From the human T2T-CHM13v2.0 reference genome, Homo sapiens: a DNA stretch of 64,000 nucleotides. Each line of letters starts with the position of its first letter. Positions within the stretch are counted from its first letter, which is position 1. Under the pieces are notes generated by a model that saw only the letters and a list, made by a program, of their open reading frames with translations, made no database searches and was not told the origin of the DNA. The position numbers and the translations under genes were made by a program. The stretch lies in NCBI RefSeq assembly GCF_009914755.1, contig NC_060930.1; one strand, 5' to 3'. Below, piece after piece: positions 13,391 through 26,698 of this stretch.

Positions 13391-16072
13391 ACAATGGCCA
13401 CTGTTATTATTCCTCCCCTACCCCCGTCGTAGCTCTCTCAAGATCCAATTTGAGTAGAACAGTGGCCTCTGAAGGGAGAGAAATTACAAAAAGCCTGTGA
13501 ATTAGTTGAAGAGCAATTAAAAGCTGGGCATGTAGAACCATCTATTAGTCCTTGGAATTTGCCCATTTTCATCATTCCCAAAAAGTCTGGGAAATGGAGA
13601 TTTTGCATGACCTATGTGCTGTTAATGCTAATTTGCAACCTATGGGACCCCTTCAACAGGGCCTCCCATCCCCTGTGGCGATTCCTCGAGATTGGCCTAT
13701 AATCATTATTGACTTAAAGGACTGCTTTTATATGATTCCCCTAGCAGAACAGGACAGAGAAAAATTTGCATTTACAATACCAGCTATCAATAATGAAAGG
13801 CCAGCTTGTTGATTTCATTGGAATGTGCTTCCTCAAGGGATGCTAAACAGTCCTACCAACTGTCAGTATCATGTAAATCAAGCTTTGCTCCCAGTAGAAA
13901 AGAATTTCCTAATTGCAAGATTATTTGTTTTATGAATATTTTACCAGCAACCCCAACAGAGCCAATACTTTTAAATTTATATACCTCTGTCATAAAGAAT
14001 AAACAGCTAAGAGGTTTAATCATTGCACCTGAAAAAGTACAACTTTCTCTCCTTGGAAATATATCTTGGGTACATGCTAACTTCCTGGTCAGTAAGACCT
14101 CAAAATGTTAAATTAAATACTAGCAACTTACATTCCTTAAATGATTATCAGAAATTACTAGGTGATATCAACTGGCTCTGCCCCACTTTAGGCATTCCTA
14201 CTTATAAGCTGCAAAACCTGTTTTCTATCTTAAAGGGCAATATAGCCCTGAATTCTCCCAGATATTTAACCCCTGCAGCAAAAAGGGAAATTGAGGAAAT
14301 AGAACAAGCCATCTCTCAGAGGCAACTAGATCACATAGACACCCATTATTCCATCCAGTTGTTTATTTTCCCCACCAAACACTCCCCTTCAGGATTAATA
14401 GGACAGATGACCCCAAGACTGCACTTTCTAGAATGGATTTTTTTTTGCTCACATACCAGGACTAAAACACTCTTTCCCTATATTCAGTTAATTAGTAAAG
14501 TCATATATTCAGGCCTCAAACAATGCAGTCAGTTGCTAGGCTATGATCCTGATATCCTGAAATCATCAGGATTCCTTTAAGTAAAAAGCAATTAGAAGCA
14601 GTTTTGTCCCTATTGTTAGATCTGCAAATAGCTCTCTCTGATTACACAGGACAAATAGAGCATGTTCTTCCTGCTGATAAATTCCTTCATTTCTTATCTC
14701 ATACTCCTGTGATCTTGCCTACAAAAATAGTTCATTCCTCCATACCTAATGCTTTAACATTGTTTACTGATGATTCAGGCAAACATGGAAAGGCAGCAGT
14801 CTGGTGGAGACCACATAATTCACTCACTCGATCTGGGTTTACTAGCATTCAGAGAGGTGAGATCGGGGCCCTGATATTGGCCTTGGAAACTTTTTCTACT
14901 CAGCCATCAATATAGTTAGTGATTCTGCCTACTTTATTTATTTATCGCAAAATCTTGAAGCAGCCGTAATTAAGTCCACTCTGGAGCCCGCCCTGTGTGC
15001 TCTTTTTCTCTGATTTCAGCAATTGCTAAATCAATGTACACATCCTACTTTTATTACACACATTCGAGCCCACAGCTCTCTGCCTGGCCCATTGGCTTAT
15101 GGCAATGATCAAGCAGACCTTCAGGTGATGACATCACTGCTTGATCAAGCCACCCAATCGCATCAATTTTTCCACCAAAATTGGAGAAACTTATCTAAGC
15201 AATTTCAACTTACCCAGAGACTGGCTAAACAAATTATCCCACAATTCTCAAATTGCCAGCTAACAGGCATGTCTCCTCCTTCAAAAGCTGTTAACCCTAG
15301 AGGATTAGAACCTAATCAGTTATGGCAAACAGAAGTTACATCCCTGAATTTGGAAAACTAAGATATGTACATGTATCCATTGATACTAACACTCATCTAA
15401 TTAGTGCACACGCTCTTCCTTGGAGAGTCCACTCAATATGTCATTAAACATCTTCTTTCAACTTTTGCATGTATGGGGCGGCCCATAAAAATTAAAACTG
15501 ATAATGGTCCAGTTTATGCCAGCTCACAATTTCAACAATTTTGTCACACGTGGAATATCCAACGTTCCATAGGCATCCCGTATAACCCCCAAGGACAGGC
15601 CATAGTAGAACGTGCCCACTCCAGCCTTAAAAATACGCTCAAAAAACAGAAAAGGGGGAGTATGGGTAAAGACCCTGCAACACTATTGGCACAAGCCTTA
15701 TTTACCCTTAATTTTTAAAATGTAGATGACAAATTTCAATCAACTATAGAGAAACACTTTTTGCTAAAACCTCTCAAGACATAAAACCTGCAGTTTTATG
15801 GAAAGATGTAAGCAGTAATGTATGGTGTGGTCCAAATGAATTGTTAACTTGGAGAAGAGGGTATGCTTGTGTCCACACCCTCTCAAGTCCTCTTTGGATT
15901 CCAGCACGATGCATCAAACCATACCATGACATGGCTAGGACCCAACCCGGTACCAGAAATGAAGGAACTAACCCTGCAGGACCCACGGTCCCGGATGATG
16001 CAGCTTCCGTGGATGACACAAACCCTAGACATTACTGGGGAATGCTGAAGAGGACAACTCGGGAGGCTGAAT
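13382..16072 (+). pseudogene. HML-5 pol (RT, RNase H, integrase; disrupted)
   Basis: [58 protein letters not shown]. The YMDD motif has decayed to FMN. End coordinate approximate. Confidence 0.9.
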
Positions 16073-17866
16073 GAACCCTGCTCTGGACACAAACACCATT
16101 CACTCCAGATAATTTGCTCCTTGCTATGATTTCTGTTGTACATTGCAACTCATGTAGGGTATTGATCCTTTTTATGCTCGTGCTTTGTCTGCAACCTGTT
16201 CCTGCTACACTCTATTGGGCTCATATCTTAGATCCGCCTTTCTTTCACCCTGTCACCTAGGCAGACACTCCCTTCCCAACTTTTAATAACATAACTGCTT
16301 GGCTAGGAGGGATAGATTTACCCCCAGTGGGGTCCCTCGATAATGGCACACATTGGACTAAGGTGCCAGAAACACTGCATATCACTCCACTATCCTCCCA
16401 CTGTGTGTAAGTTATAAAGATTATAACCCTTACTGTGTACCTGCCCAAACACAATTATGGCTACATCATGGCAAAAGAAATGCCTTTAAAGTCTTAGCTG
16501 CAGGTAGCTTCAAATCAGGTAATGCAATCAATGACTCTTTCCCAAACATTCCTTCCTGTGCTAAAGAACAAAGCTGGGAAAGTAATGGATTCCACTTTAG
16601 CTGGGAGGTCTGTCACGGGGAATAAGCTTGTAGCCTTCAGCTAGGCCATTATAATACCTTAGACTGGAGCCCCCACGGCCATTTTCAGGGCATCCTTACT
16701 GATGTCCTCATCCATCATGGTGTCAATCACAGTTTCGTAGCCTCATCACGTTCCCCTATGATTTGGGCCAATAGGGGGGATGGGTTATCCCATACCCCAA
16801 GTAAAGTCCATGCTACCCAAGACATTTTATGGTACCTGAGACATCTTAGCACCTCCTTTTCACCTGGCATGGACATATCATAATTCCAGTGGCAAATACA
16901 CTATAACCTTTATTCATAATCACACTGATCAGTGCCTAATTTACACTACCCATACATATATTTTCCTTATGGGAACTGATATTTCCATTACACCCCAAAA
17001 CTCCTCATTTGTGACCCAGGTGCAGAAACAGGCTTGGTTTGCCTCATGTATCACTAATTATAATACATCTAATTTAAATATTACTAGTGTCATGGTATTA
17101 AGGAGACAATCTGAGGCATTCCTACCCAGTCAATTTGACATGCGATTGGCAAAGTTCCTCTGCCCTTGCCACCTAAGAATGTGCCCTGTCCTAGGCCAGA
17201 CCCAAAAGATACATAGGCACACTTACAGCCTTTATAGTCTCAGCCACAGTCATCCTAGCAACTGCTAGTGTGGCTGTAGCAGCTATTACTGAATCAGTAC
17301 AAATAGGTGCTTTTGTAGATAATTTGGCCAGAAATGTGTCTAATGAACTTCTCTTACAGCAGGGTATAGAGCAAAAGATTCTTGCACGTCTGCAAGCCCT
17401 TGAGGCCCTTGAGGCTGCCCTGGAATATATGGGGGAGTAACAAGATGCACTGGTATTCTAACAGCAACTAAACTGCGACTGGGCGCATAAACATATCTGC
17501 GTCACTTCTCTATCATAGAATCAATCAATACATAGTTGGGATGAAGTGAAACAACACCTCTGGGGAACATTTCATGACAATTTAATAGCAGATGTAAAGC
17601 AACTTCAAACTAAAATTTTAGAATCCCTTCCCACTATAGATCTACACACCCAACAAACAGCCATATGGAAGGGTGTGCAAGATCATCACTCCTGGTTAGA
17701 CCCCCGCTCCTGGGGTTCACTCTTTGACTGGAAAAGAATATTGCTAATTATTCTCATGATTGTCTTATGTTATTTGCTAATTCTAGGATGCAAAGCCGGA
17801 ATGAAAGCGATGACTGCCTTGCCTGACAGACGTGTTGCTGCACACATCTGTACACTTCAGTCAACA
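15930..17866 (+). pseudogene. HML-5 env (disrupted), 3' LTR absent
   Basis: Hydrophobic signal region near 16160, RPKR furin-like site near 17200, fusion peptide, heptad region, TM ILLIILMIVLCYLLILGC. Start coordinate approximate. Confidence 0.8.
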
Positions 17867-18003
17867 GAAGAGCGTGTGCACTTATTAGATGAGTGTTGGT
17901 ATCAATGGATACATGTACATATCTTAGTTTTCCAAATTCAGGGATGTAACTTCTGTTTGCCATAACTGATTAGGTTCTAATCCTCTAGGGTTAACACCTT
18001 TTG
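17867..18003 (-). repeat. 137-bp inverted copy of proviral integrase segment 15282-15418
   Basis: Reverse complement aligns without gaps, with 3 mismatches; ORF 17754-17963 reads [26 protein letters not shown]. Confidence 0.97.
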
Positions 18004-20240
18004 TGTTAGAACCTGTGAAGTAGAAGTAACTCAGAAGTGCTCCTCAGAGAGTAGACAGCTCTTTCTCTAACCGTTTCCAGCTCAGTAGAATTTAGAAAGG
18101 CTTCTAGGAGGCCAACCAGTCTTTTTGATCCAACATTGAATTGTAAAACCGGATATGGAAGCCAAATTTCACAGTGGATCTAACAAAGTAGCTAATGGGT
18201 ACTATGCTTCTGAGAACCTGAACAGGCATCTGAGAGCTGTAACTAGAAGAAAAGTAAAGACTCCGGACTCCAGCACCAAGCAGGTTTTCCTTAGCAATTT
18301 ACAACCTGAAGCTCCAAGGAAAAACTATTTTAGCATACACCAAAACTATTCCCATGTGCCAACAGGTAAGGAGACTTGTACTTATATTCTGTTTTATTCT
18401 TCTCTAACTCGTTTCTGTGCACTATTTCTATGTTTTCTCCTTAGTTTTACCTTGCCTGGGTTTGCCCATTTGTTATTCATATCTATTTATCAATCCCAAA
18501 ATACTAAAAGGATCCAGGCAGGGCAGCTTTAATTGGTGGCTGCACAGAGTGCTACTTCCTGTGAGGCAGCAATTCTAACCCTAGTTGGCATACACTTCAG
18601 ATTTTCTCAACAGCAGAAGATGTAACCTTCCCAAGAACCCACTTCAACCCTCAGTTCTCTCACTTCTATGTCCACGTGACACTCTGATACATTTTCCCAC
18701 TATGAAAAGAACTGTTCTCTTGATAGCATGCCATACCTCTCCCTTCTCTGCAACTCACTCAGGACAATCTCAGTACCTTTATTACCTGGTCACAAGTGAG
18801 GATGCTTCACACTCAAATCTCATTGGCTGGAGGGAAAGTCATTAAGCAGAAGTGATAATTCTTGTCATCACAGCTTTCTCCAAACCTTCTCCATCGGCAT
18901 TTTACTCTCACTCTTAGAGCTTAGCTTCAACCATCAAACAGACAGTTGAGTGTTCAACAGTCCCTTTATGGGACAGATTTTTTTAGTTGACTGTGTATTC
19001 TAACCCTGAGCAATGGGGCCCCTGGCTAAGAGAGAGAAGGGAAAGCAGAGAGGGAAGTGTTGCAATGCTACCTTTTCAGAGAGGAAATAGAGACAAATAG
19101 TTTTTATGGGTGTAATACACAGCCTCCACTGTCCCACAATAAGAGCAATTGAGCTTAAATACCAAAAAGGGCTTTTCTATGTGAGCTGAAAACAGAAAGA
19201 GAGAGCAAATGGGAGGATGGGCTGGAGTAATCTTGTTTGAAGTTCTCTCATCCTAAGGAAGAACCTTTTCTTCCTCTGTCATACACGAGTGCTTAGGGCT
19301 TACATAAGCCCCATCTGCACGCTGCTAGGAGCAGATCATCCTACTCAAGACAATAAAAAAGGAATCATCATGTACCTTACATATTTAGAGATACGTGCGT
19401 ACACTTTTCTCATAAATAAAGCAACACACCCCTGCCTGACCTCCTAGGACCTCCATAGTTGAGGTATAGTTATTTGGAGTCAGAGATTCTTAAACCAATC
19501 CTGGTTCTGCTTTTTTCACTTCACCAAACCAAACTTGACCAGATTCTTTAATGGCTCCAAAATCACAACCCTTTGAACTATTTTACTCCTGTTTTCCATT
19601 TTCCTTTATACCTCTGTCCAGGTGGTACAGATTTTTCTTAAAAATCTATGTCTGAGTGTACAGAGCTTCAAGTAAAGTTCAAGAAGGGAATAGGAGATCT
19701 ATCACCTTCCTTATTACAGAAATATTGCTGATATTAATGCAGGCTAATGTTATATTAAGTCCCTTGACAGGTATATCAAACTATTTGGTCTTATCCAGTT
19801 GGTGGTCAACCAGATAGTTATAAGTGAGATGGAGAGACAGGTCATTCTCTTCCCATAGCCCTCTCTTCCTTACCCTATTTACCCCAAAACGCTGAGGCAG
19901 GAAATAATGCATACTCCTTTGTGCACTGCTCCTCCATTTCCCATTTTTAAATGGAGACATACTTAAGGCATAATCTTCAGCCCTTTGCTCATCTCTCTAC
20001 ACTCATTCTCCTGCAGATCTCAGTCACCCTCATGGCATCAATCATGATGCCACAGAAAAACCCATTAGTGTATAGTCTCTGGCTTCATCTCAGTATATGT
20101 ACTGGGCACATCCGTCTGGATGTTCCGTCATTACCTCAAACTCTGTCCTTAATTTTTTTGTTAGAAACATCTCTTCTCTACAAACCATGCTTTGTGTTCA
20201 GCATGCTCATCTGGCATCCAGTTTAAGAAGGATATCTTCT

Positions 20241-22464
20241 GGCCATGATTTGATTTTTGTATGAAAAAAATCTTTGTTGTAGAAATCAGCATACTATTTT
20301 TTTTTTATTATTATTATTTTATTGATCATTCTTGGGTGTTTCTCGCAGAGGGGGATTTGGCAGGGTCACAGGACAATAGTGGAGGGAAGGTCAGCAGATA
20401 AACAAGTGAACAAAGGTCTCTGGTTTTCCTAGGCAGAGGACCCTGCGGCCTTCCGCAGTGTTTGTGTCCCTGGGTACTTGAGATTAGGGAGTGGTGATGA
20501 CTCTTAAGGAGCATGCTGCCTTCAAGCATCTGTTTAACAAAGCACATCTTGCACCACCCTTAATCCATTCAACCCTGAGTGGATACAGCACATGTTTCAG
20601 AGAGCACAGGGTTGGGGGTAAGGTCACCGATCAACAGGATCCCAAGGCAGAAGAATTTTTCTTAGTACAGAACAAAATGAAAAGTCTCCCATGTCTACCT
20701 CTTTCTACACAGACACGGCAACCATCCGATTTCTCAATCTTTTCCCCACCTTTCCCCCGTTTCTATTCTACAAAACCGCCATTGTCATCACGGCCCGTTC
20801 TCAATGAGCTGTTGGGTACACCTCCCAGACGGGGTGGTGGCGGGGCAGAGGGGCTCCTCACTTCCCAGTAGGCGCGGCCGGGCAGAGGCGCCCCTCACTT
20901 CCCGGATGGGGTGGCTGGCCGGGCGGGGGGCTGACCCCCCCACCTCCCTCCCGGACGGGGCGGCTGGCGGGGCAGGGGGCTGACCCCCCACCTCCCTCCC
21001 GGACGGGGCGGCTGGCTGGGCAGAGGGGCTCTTCACTTCCCAGTAGGGGCGGCCGGGCAGAGGCGCCCCTCACTTCCCGGATGGGGTGGCTGGCCGGGCG
21101 GGGGGCTGACCCCCCCACCTCCCTCCCGGATGGGGCGGCTGGCCGGGCGGGGGACTGACTCCCCCACCTCCCTCCCGGATGGGGCGGCTGGCCGGGCAGA
21201 GGGGCTCCTCACTTCCCAGTAGGGGCGGCCGGGCAGAGGCGCCCCTCACCTGCCGGACGGGGCGGCTGGCCGGGCGGGGGGCTGACCCCCCCACCTCCCT
21301 CCCGGAGGAGGTGACTGCCGGGCGGAGACGCTCCTCAATTCCCAGACAGGGTGGCTGCTGGGCGGAGGGGTTCCTCACTTCTCAGACGGGGCGGTTGCCA
21401 GGCAGAGGGTCTCCTCACTTCTCAGACGGGGCGGCCGGGCAGAGACGCTCCTCACATCCCGGACGGGGCGGCAGGGCAGAGGTGCTCCCCACATCTCAGA
21501 CGATGGGCGGCCAGGCAGAGACGCTCCTCACTTCCCAGATGTGATGGCGGCCGGGAAGAGGCGCTCCTCACTTCCTAGATGGGATGGCGGCCGGGCAGAG
21601 ACGCTCCTCACTTTCCAGACTGGGCAGCCAGGCAGAGGGGCTCCTCACATCCCAGACGATGGGCGGCCAGGCGGAGACGCTCTTCACTTCCCAGACGGGG
21701 TGGCGGCCGGGCAGAGGCTGCAGTCTCGGCACTTTGGGAGGCCAAGGCAGGCTGCTGGGAGGTGGAGGTTGTAGCGAGCCGAGATCACGCCACTGCACTC
21801 CAGCCTGGGCACCATTGAGCACTGAGTGAACGAGACTCTGTCTGCAATCCCGGCACCTCGGGAGGCCGAGGCTGGCGGATCACTCTCGGTTAGGAGCTGG
21901 AGACCAGCCCAGCCAATACAGCGAATCCCCATCTCCACCAAAAAAATACGAAAACCAGTCAGGTGTGGCGGCGCGCGCCTGCAATCGCAGGCACTCGGCA
22001 AGCTGAGGCAGGAGAATCAGGCAGGGAGGTTGCAGTGAGCCGTGATGGCAGCAGTATCGTCCAGCTTCGGCTCGGCATCAGAGGGAGACTGTGGAAAGAG
22101 AGGGAGAGGGAGACCGTGGGGAGAGGGAGAGGGAGAGGGAGAGGGAGACCGTGGGGAGAGGGAGAGGGAGAGACACTATTTTTTAAAATATGGAGAGAAG
22201 ATATTCTGGTGGCTGAAAGTGTGGTCTGGTGTCAGATATAAATGTGCAAATGCCTTCTTGCTGTCCTGTCGGTCTCAGTACATTCACCTTGTAGCTGCTG
22301 GAAATATCGAAGGTTCCTTTTTTGTTTGTGTAAACTCTAATTTCTATCAAGGTGTCATGGACTTTTAAAATTAGTATTTCATTACAAATGTCTCAGCATT
22401 GGTCAATTTTTGCCAGGACCATTATTGATCAAGCAAATAAATTCAACAGCCATTAGGAAAAAAA
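20241..22464 (+). pseudogene. 5'-truncated processed mRNA 3'UTR retrocopy (YTHDF1-like by recall), split by SVA
   Basis: TSD AAGAAGG(AT/CC)ATCTTCT at 20225-20240 and 22465-22480, TTT/AA endonuclease site, AATAAA at 22436-22441, poly(A) at 22458-22466. Parent gene is unverified. Confidence 0.7.
20303..22172 (-). mobile_element. Full-length SVA retrotransposon (SVA_D-like)
   Basis: Poly(A), SINE-R (about 20320-20815), GC-rich VNTR (about 20820-21700), Alu-like domain and (CCCTCT)n hexamer (about 22095-22172). TSD A(T/C)ACTATTTTTT at 20291-20302 and 22173-22184. Confidence 0.97.
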
Positions 22465-23328
22465 AAGAAGGCCATCTTCTTTTTTCAATAAATGTATTAT
22501 ATAGTTAATAGTTTCATTTATATAGAATGCATAGAAACTGTTCACAGAATGTCCAGCATTTTGTATTTTTGCAGTAGGGAACATTTCTTCACTGAATTCC
22601 ACTTTCACATTAGATAATTTAATAGTTTTATGGAGAAAGTAAAATGCCCGCCCCCCTCCCCCACCCAAAATTGAAAATTTCAGTTGTTGGTTTTCATGGA
22701 CACACCTTATCAGGTAATTCCTTTTTATTCCTAGTTTTCTAGGACTTTTTATCATGAATGAGCAAATGCCTTTTTCTGCATCCATTTACATAATTACATA
22801 ATTTTTCTTTGTATTCTGTTAAGATGTGGAATCACATTGATTTTTTGCATGTTAAACATGCCTTCCATTCCTGGCATAAACTTTTATGATCATGTTATAT
22901 CATCCTTTTTAATATATTATTGAATTCAATTTTAAAAAATATTTTGTTAAACATTTTCATGGCTATGTTTGTGTGTCTTTAGTTTCCTTTTCTTTTAATG
23001 TCATTGTTTGATGTTAGTATATTGGACTTGTAAATTATTGGGATGTGTTTTCTTCTGCTCTTTTGTTGAAAGAGTTTGTATTGAGTTTGTATTGTTTCTT
23101 CCTTAAATGTATAATAGAATTAATCATACAGACATTAAAAGTATTATGACAGTATTATGACAGAATACTATGGATTAATCAATGAAGCCATCTGACCTGG
23201 AAACCATTTGGCCTTCTCTGTGAGAAGGATTTTTAAAATTACAAACTTAATTTCTTCCATTGACAGAGATTTCTTCTTGATTTAGTTTTGGTAATTTGAA
23301 TCGTTCAAGAAATGTTTCTATTTCATGT

Positions 23329-23741
23329 TGTTAAAATAAAAATTTTAGAGAAGTTGAATTTAACAGAGTTTATTTAGCAAAGAACAATTCATGAATTGGG
23401 GAGCCCTCAGAACCCAGAAAGATTCAGAAAGCTCTGTCCAGCAACATGTGAAGGCAGTGTTTATAGATAAAAACAGGAAGTGATACTCAAAACCAGCCAA
23501 TTTATTACAGCTCAGTGTTTGCCTTATATGGGCATGGCGTGATGAGGCATTTGCCTTATGGGGGACATAATATGATCACTTGGCAGCCTGTGATTGGCTG
23601 AGACTCAGCTATTTATTACAACACTCTTAAGTTAGGCTGTAGTTTGTTTGCATAACGCAGTTATGTTAAGTTGGGTTAGTTTGCTATGTAGGAATTTAAG
23701 ATATGGAGAAAGCTTTACACCAAATTTAATTTAATTTAACA
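23329..23741 (-). mobile_element. Solo ERV1 LTR (MER57/MER93-like)
   Basis: TGTTAAA...TTTAACA inverted termini; 4-bp TSD ATGT (23325-23328, 23742-23745). Confidence 0.8.
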
Positions 23742-24796
23742 ATGTAAATTGTCAAATTTATTGTCATTTTTGTTTATTGGCATTTTCATAGCATTCTGTC
23801 ATAATACTTTTAATGTCTGTATGATTTGTTGTGACGTACCCACTTCCATTTCTGATATTGGGGATTTGAGTCTTATCTCTTTTTCTTGATCCATCTACCT
23901 AGAGATTCATGAATGTATTGAGCCTTATTGAAAACCAGCAATTGACTTTGTTTATTTTCTTTATTGTTTGTCCATTTTATTGCATTTATTTCTGATCTTA
24001 TTAATCTTGGGATTCATTTGACTTTTTTTTTCTAGCTTCTTAAGATGGGAACATAGATGGTTGATTTTAGAGTTTCCCTCCTTTCCAATTATGTAAAGTT
24101 ATAAATTATTCTCTAATTAGTGTATCATACTAATTTTGATAGTGTGCTTTCATATTCACTCAGTTCAAAATATTTTCTAATTTTCCTTCTGACTCTTTTT
24201 AAATCCAGGTGCTGTTTAGCAGTATACTTTTTAATTTCTAGGTATTTGGGACTTTCAAGGTATTTTTCTGTTATTGGTTTCTAATTTAATGCTATTGTGG
24301 TCCGAGAATGTATTCTGTATGATTTCAATAGAGACATTTATTTATTTAGACATTTATTTATATGTGTTTATGACCCAGTGTATAGTCTGTCCTGTGGAAT
24401 ATTCTTGAGCATTTGAAAATAATGTGTATTCTGCCACTATTGGGTGGAATATTCTACAGATCTTGATTAGATCACGTTGGTTCATTGATAATGTTATTTA
24501 AATCTATCATGTCCTCATGAAGTTTTTTCCTAAATATTTTATTGTTTACTGAGTGCTAGAATACTAAAATATAATTGTGAATTTGTCTATTTCTGATTTA
24601 TTTTTATCATTTTTGGTATAATGTGATTTAAGACATATTTTCTAAGAACAAACACATTTAGGATTGTTATATGTTGATAATAAAATGATCCTTTTATCAT
24701 TATGAACTATCCTTCTTTCTCCTTGGTAATATTTCTGAGTCTTATATTTCTGATATTAACACAGCCACCAATACTTCCATGGTTGGCATTATTTTC

Positions 24797-25179
24797 GTTT
24801 TTTTTTTTTTTACTTTAAGTTCTGGGATACATGTGCAGAATGTGCAGGTTTGTTACATAGTTATACATGTGCCATGTGGTTTGCTGCATCTATCAACCCA
24901 TCATCTAGGTTTTAAGCCATGCATACATTCGGTATGTGTCCTAATGCTCTCCCTCCCCTTGCTCCCCATGCCCTGACAGACCCTGGTGTGAGGTGTTCCC
25001 CTCCCTGTGTCCATGTGTTCTAATTGTTGAACTCCCACTTACGAGTGAGAACGTGTGGTGTTTGGTTTTCTGTTCCTGTGTTAGTTTGCTGTGAAGGATG
25101 GCTTCCAGCTTCATCCATGTCCCCACAAACAACATGAACTCATTTTTTTATGGCTGCATAGCATTCCACGGTATACATG
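24797..25179 (-). mobile_element. Short L1PA 3' fragment
   Basis: L1PA 3'UTR with poly(T) head; TATTTTC direct repeat on the flanks. Confidence 0.9.
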
Positions 25180-25919
25180 TATTTTCCCATTCTTTTACTT
25201 TTTACCTGTCTTTGCCTTCATATTTAAAGAGGGCATTATGTAGAGAGCATGAAGTTGGCCTGTAGATTTTTTTGTGCATTCTGACAATCTTTCCCTTTTC
25301 ATTAGAATATTTAGGCCATGTGCATTTAATTCAATTATTAGTATGGTTGTTTTAAACTCTACCATCTTACAGTTTGTTTTCTTTTTGTCTTACCAGACTT
25401 TCCCTTTTTTATTTCTTTATTTTGAATTAATTATGCTTAGTGTTCTATTTTATCTTCTCCATTGGCCTCTTGGCTATACCTCTTTTTTTTTCAATAGTTA
25501 TCAGGAGCTTAAAATATTCATCTTAATACATTCTACCTTCAAATAATAACACACCACTTAACATGTATAAGAAACTTACAACATTATACTTCCATTTCTC
25601 CCTTCTATTCTTTGTGCCATTGTCATCATATTTTACTTCTGGGTATGTTATAAACCCCCAAATAATTTTTACTTTAAACAATTCCTTTTTTAACTTAAAA
25701 AAAACTAGAGAACATGTTTTTATATTTATCTGAATTTTTACCATTTCATGCTTTTTTCATCGTAATATCTAATGAACACTCATAAAGAAACAAAATCCTT
25801 GCTCAAATAAGATATTTTTCTTCATAATCATCACTATTCTCAAACCTTTGAAAGCTCTGGTAATCATGATTTAAGTTCTCCCACATGGAGTGACTATGGC
25901 TGGTAAAAATTGCAATGAA

Positions 25920-26698
25920 TTAGGGCATTTTAAAAATTTTATTTCTTGGCTCTTAGTTTATCATGTAGAAAAATCCTCCATGAAATATTGCTATAATTAC
26001 AATACAGCCTTGGGAAGGAAGCTCAGGGGCTGTGAATGGAATCCTAATCTGCCTGAAATCTTGATCCAGACAGACCAAATCTCTTCCCTCAGAGACTTCA
26101 AACACTGCAGTCTTCAAACTACATCCAAGAAAATCTTCATCCAAGTAAAATTTCCCCCAAATATCCTTTCTCTACCCCACCCTATCCTGTAGTTAGGGAA
26201 AAACCCAGGACTGAATCAATATCCTCAGACCTTTCCGTTCAAGTGGGATCAGAACCTTTAGTAACCACATCGGCAACAGAGGTTGAAACCACACCTTCAA
26301 GAAATAGTATTCACATGTGACCTGGTCCTAGACTTCCAGTAAGAATGACTCAGAGTCTCCCCGCTCTGAAATACTGAAGTATTTATTGGTCTTAGGGTAT
26401 TCTCGGGAAGGTGACAGTGAGGGGTTCTTCAAAGGAGAACAGAGGATAAAAGGCTCAATGAAAGGATAATCTCCATATTAGTGCTACCAAAGTGTCATTA
26501 ATTTCTATTTGTTGGAAACTTTACTAAGGAATGACTGCTTTGAGGTAATGGATAAGGACAGAGCTTGAAGGGTCAGCAATTCAGTCAGCCACTGGAGTAG
26601 TTTTCACATGAAGTGAGAAGAAAAGCTGAGATGGAGTTTGTAGGGCAGCTGGAGTTCAGATCTCTCCTAAGTCCTCTTCTGTTCAGATATTTTGTCAC
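25920..26698 (-). other. HLA-DPA1: HLA-DPA1 exon 5 (non-coding 3'UTR)
   Basis: Acceptor ctgcag|GTGACAAAATATCTG; AATAAA at 26382-26387 (proximal) and 25938-25943 (distal). Confidence 0.88.

Larger units (their letters stand above)
22720..25750 (-). mobile_element. Ancient L1M fragments
   Basis: Diverged T-rich antisense L1 ORF2-like sequence; boundaries approximate. Confidence 0.65.

Noticed and set aside
17395-17413. 9-nt in-frame duplication GCCCTTGAG in env TM
   Set aside because: Simple slippage in an env that has stops nearby.
20326-22368. Cluster of overlapping GC-rich ORFs
   Set aside because: All derive from SVA SINE-R, VNTR, Alu-like and hexamer sequence.
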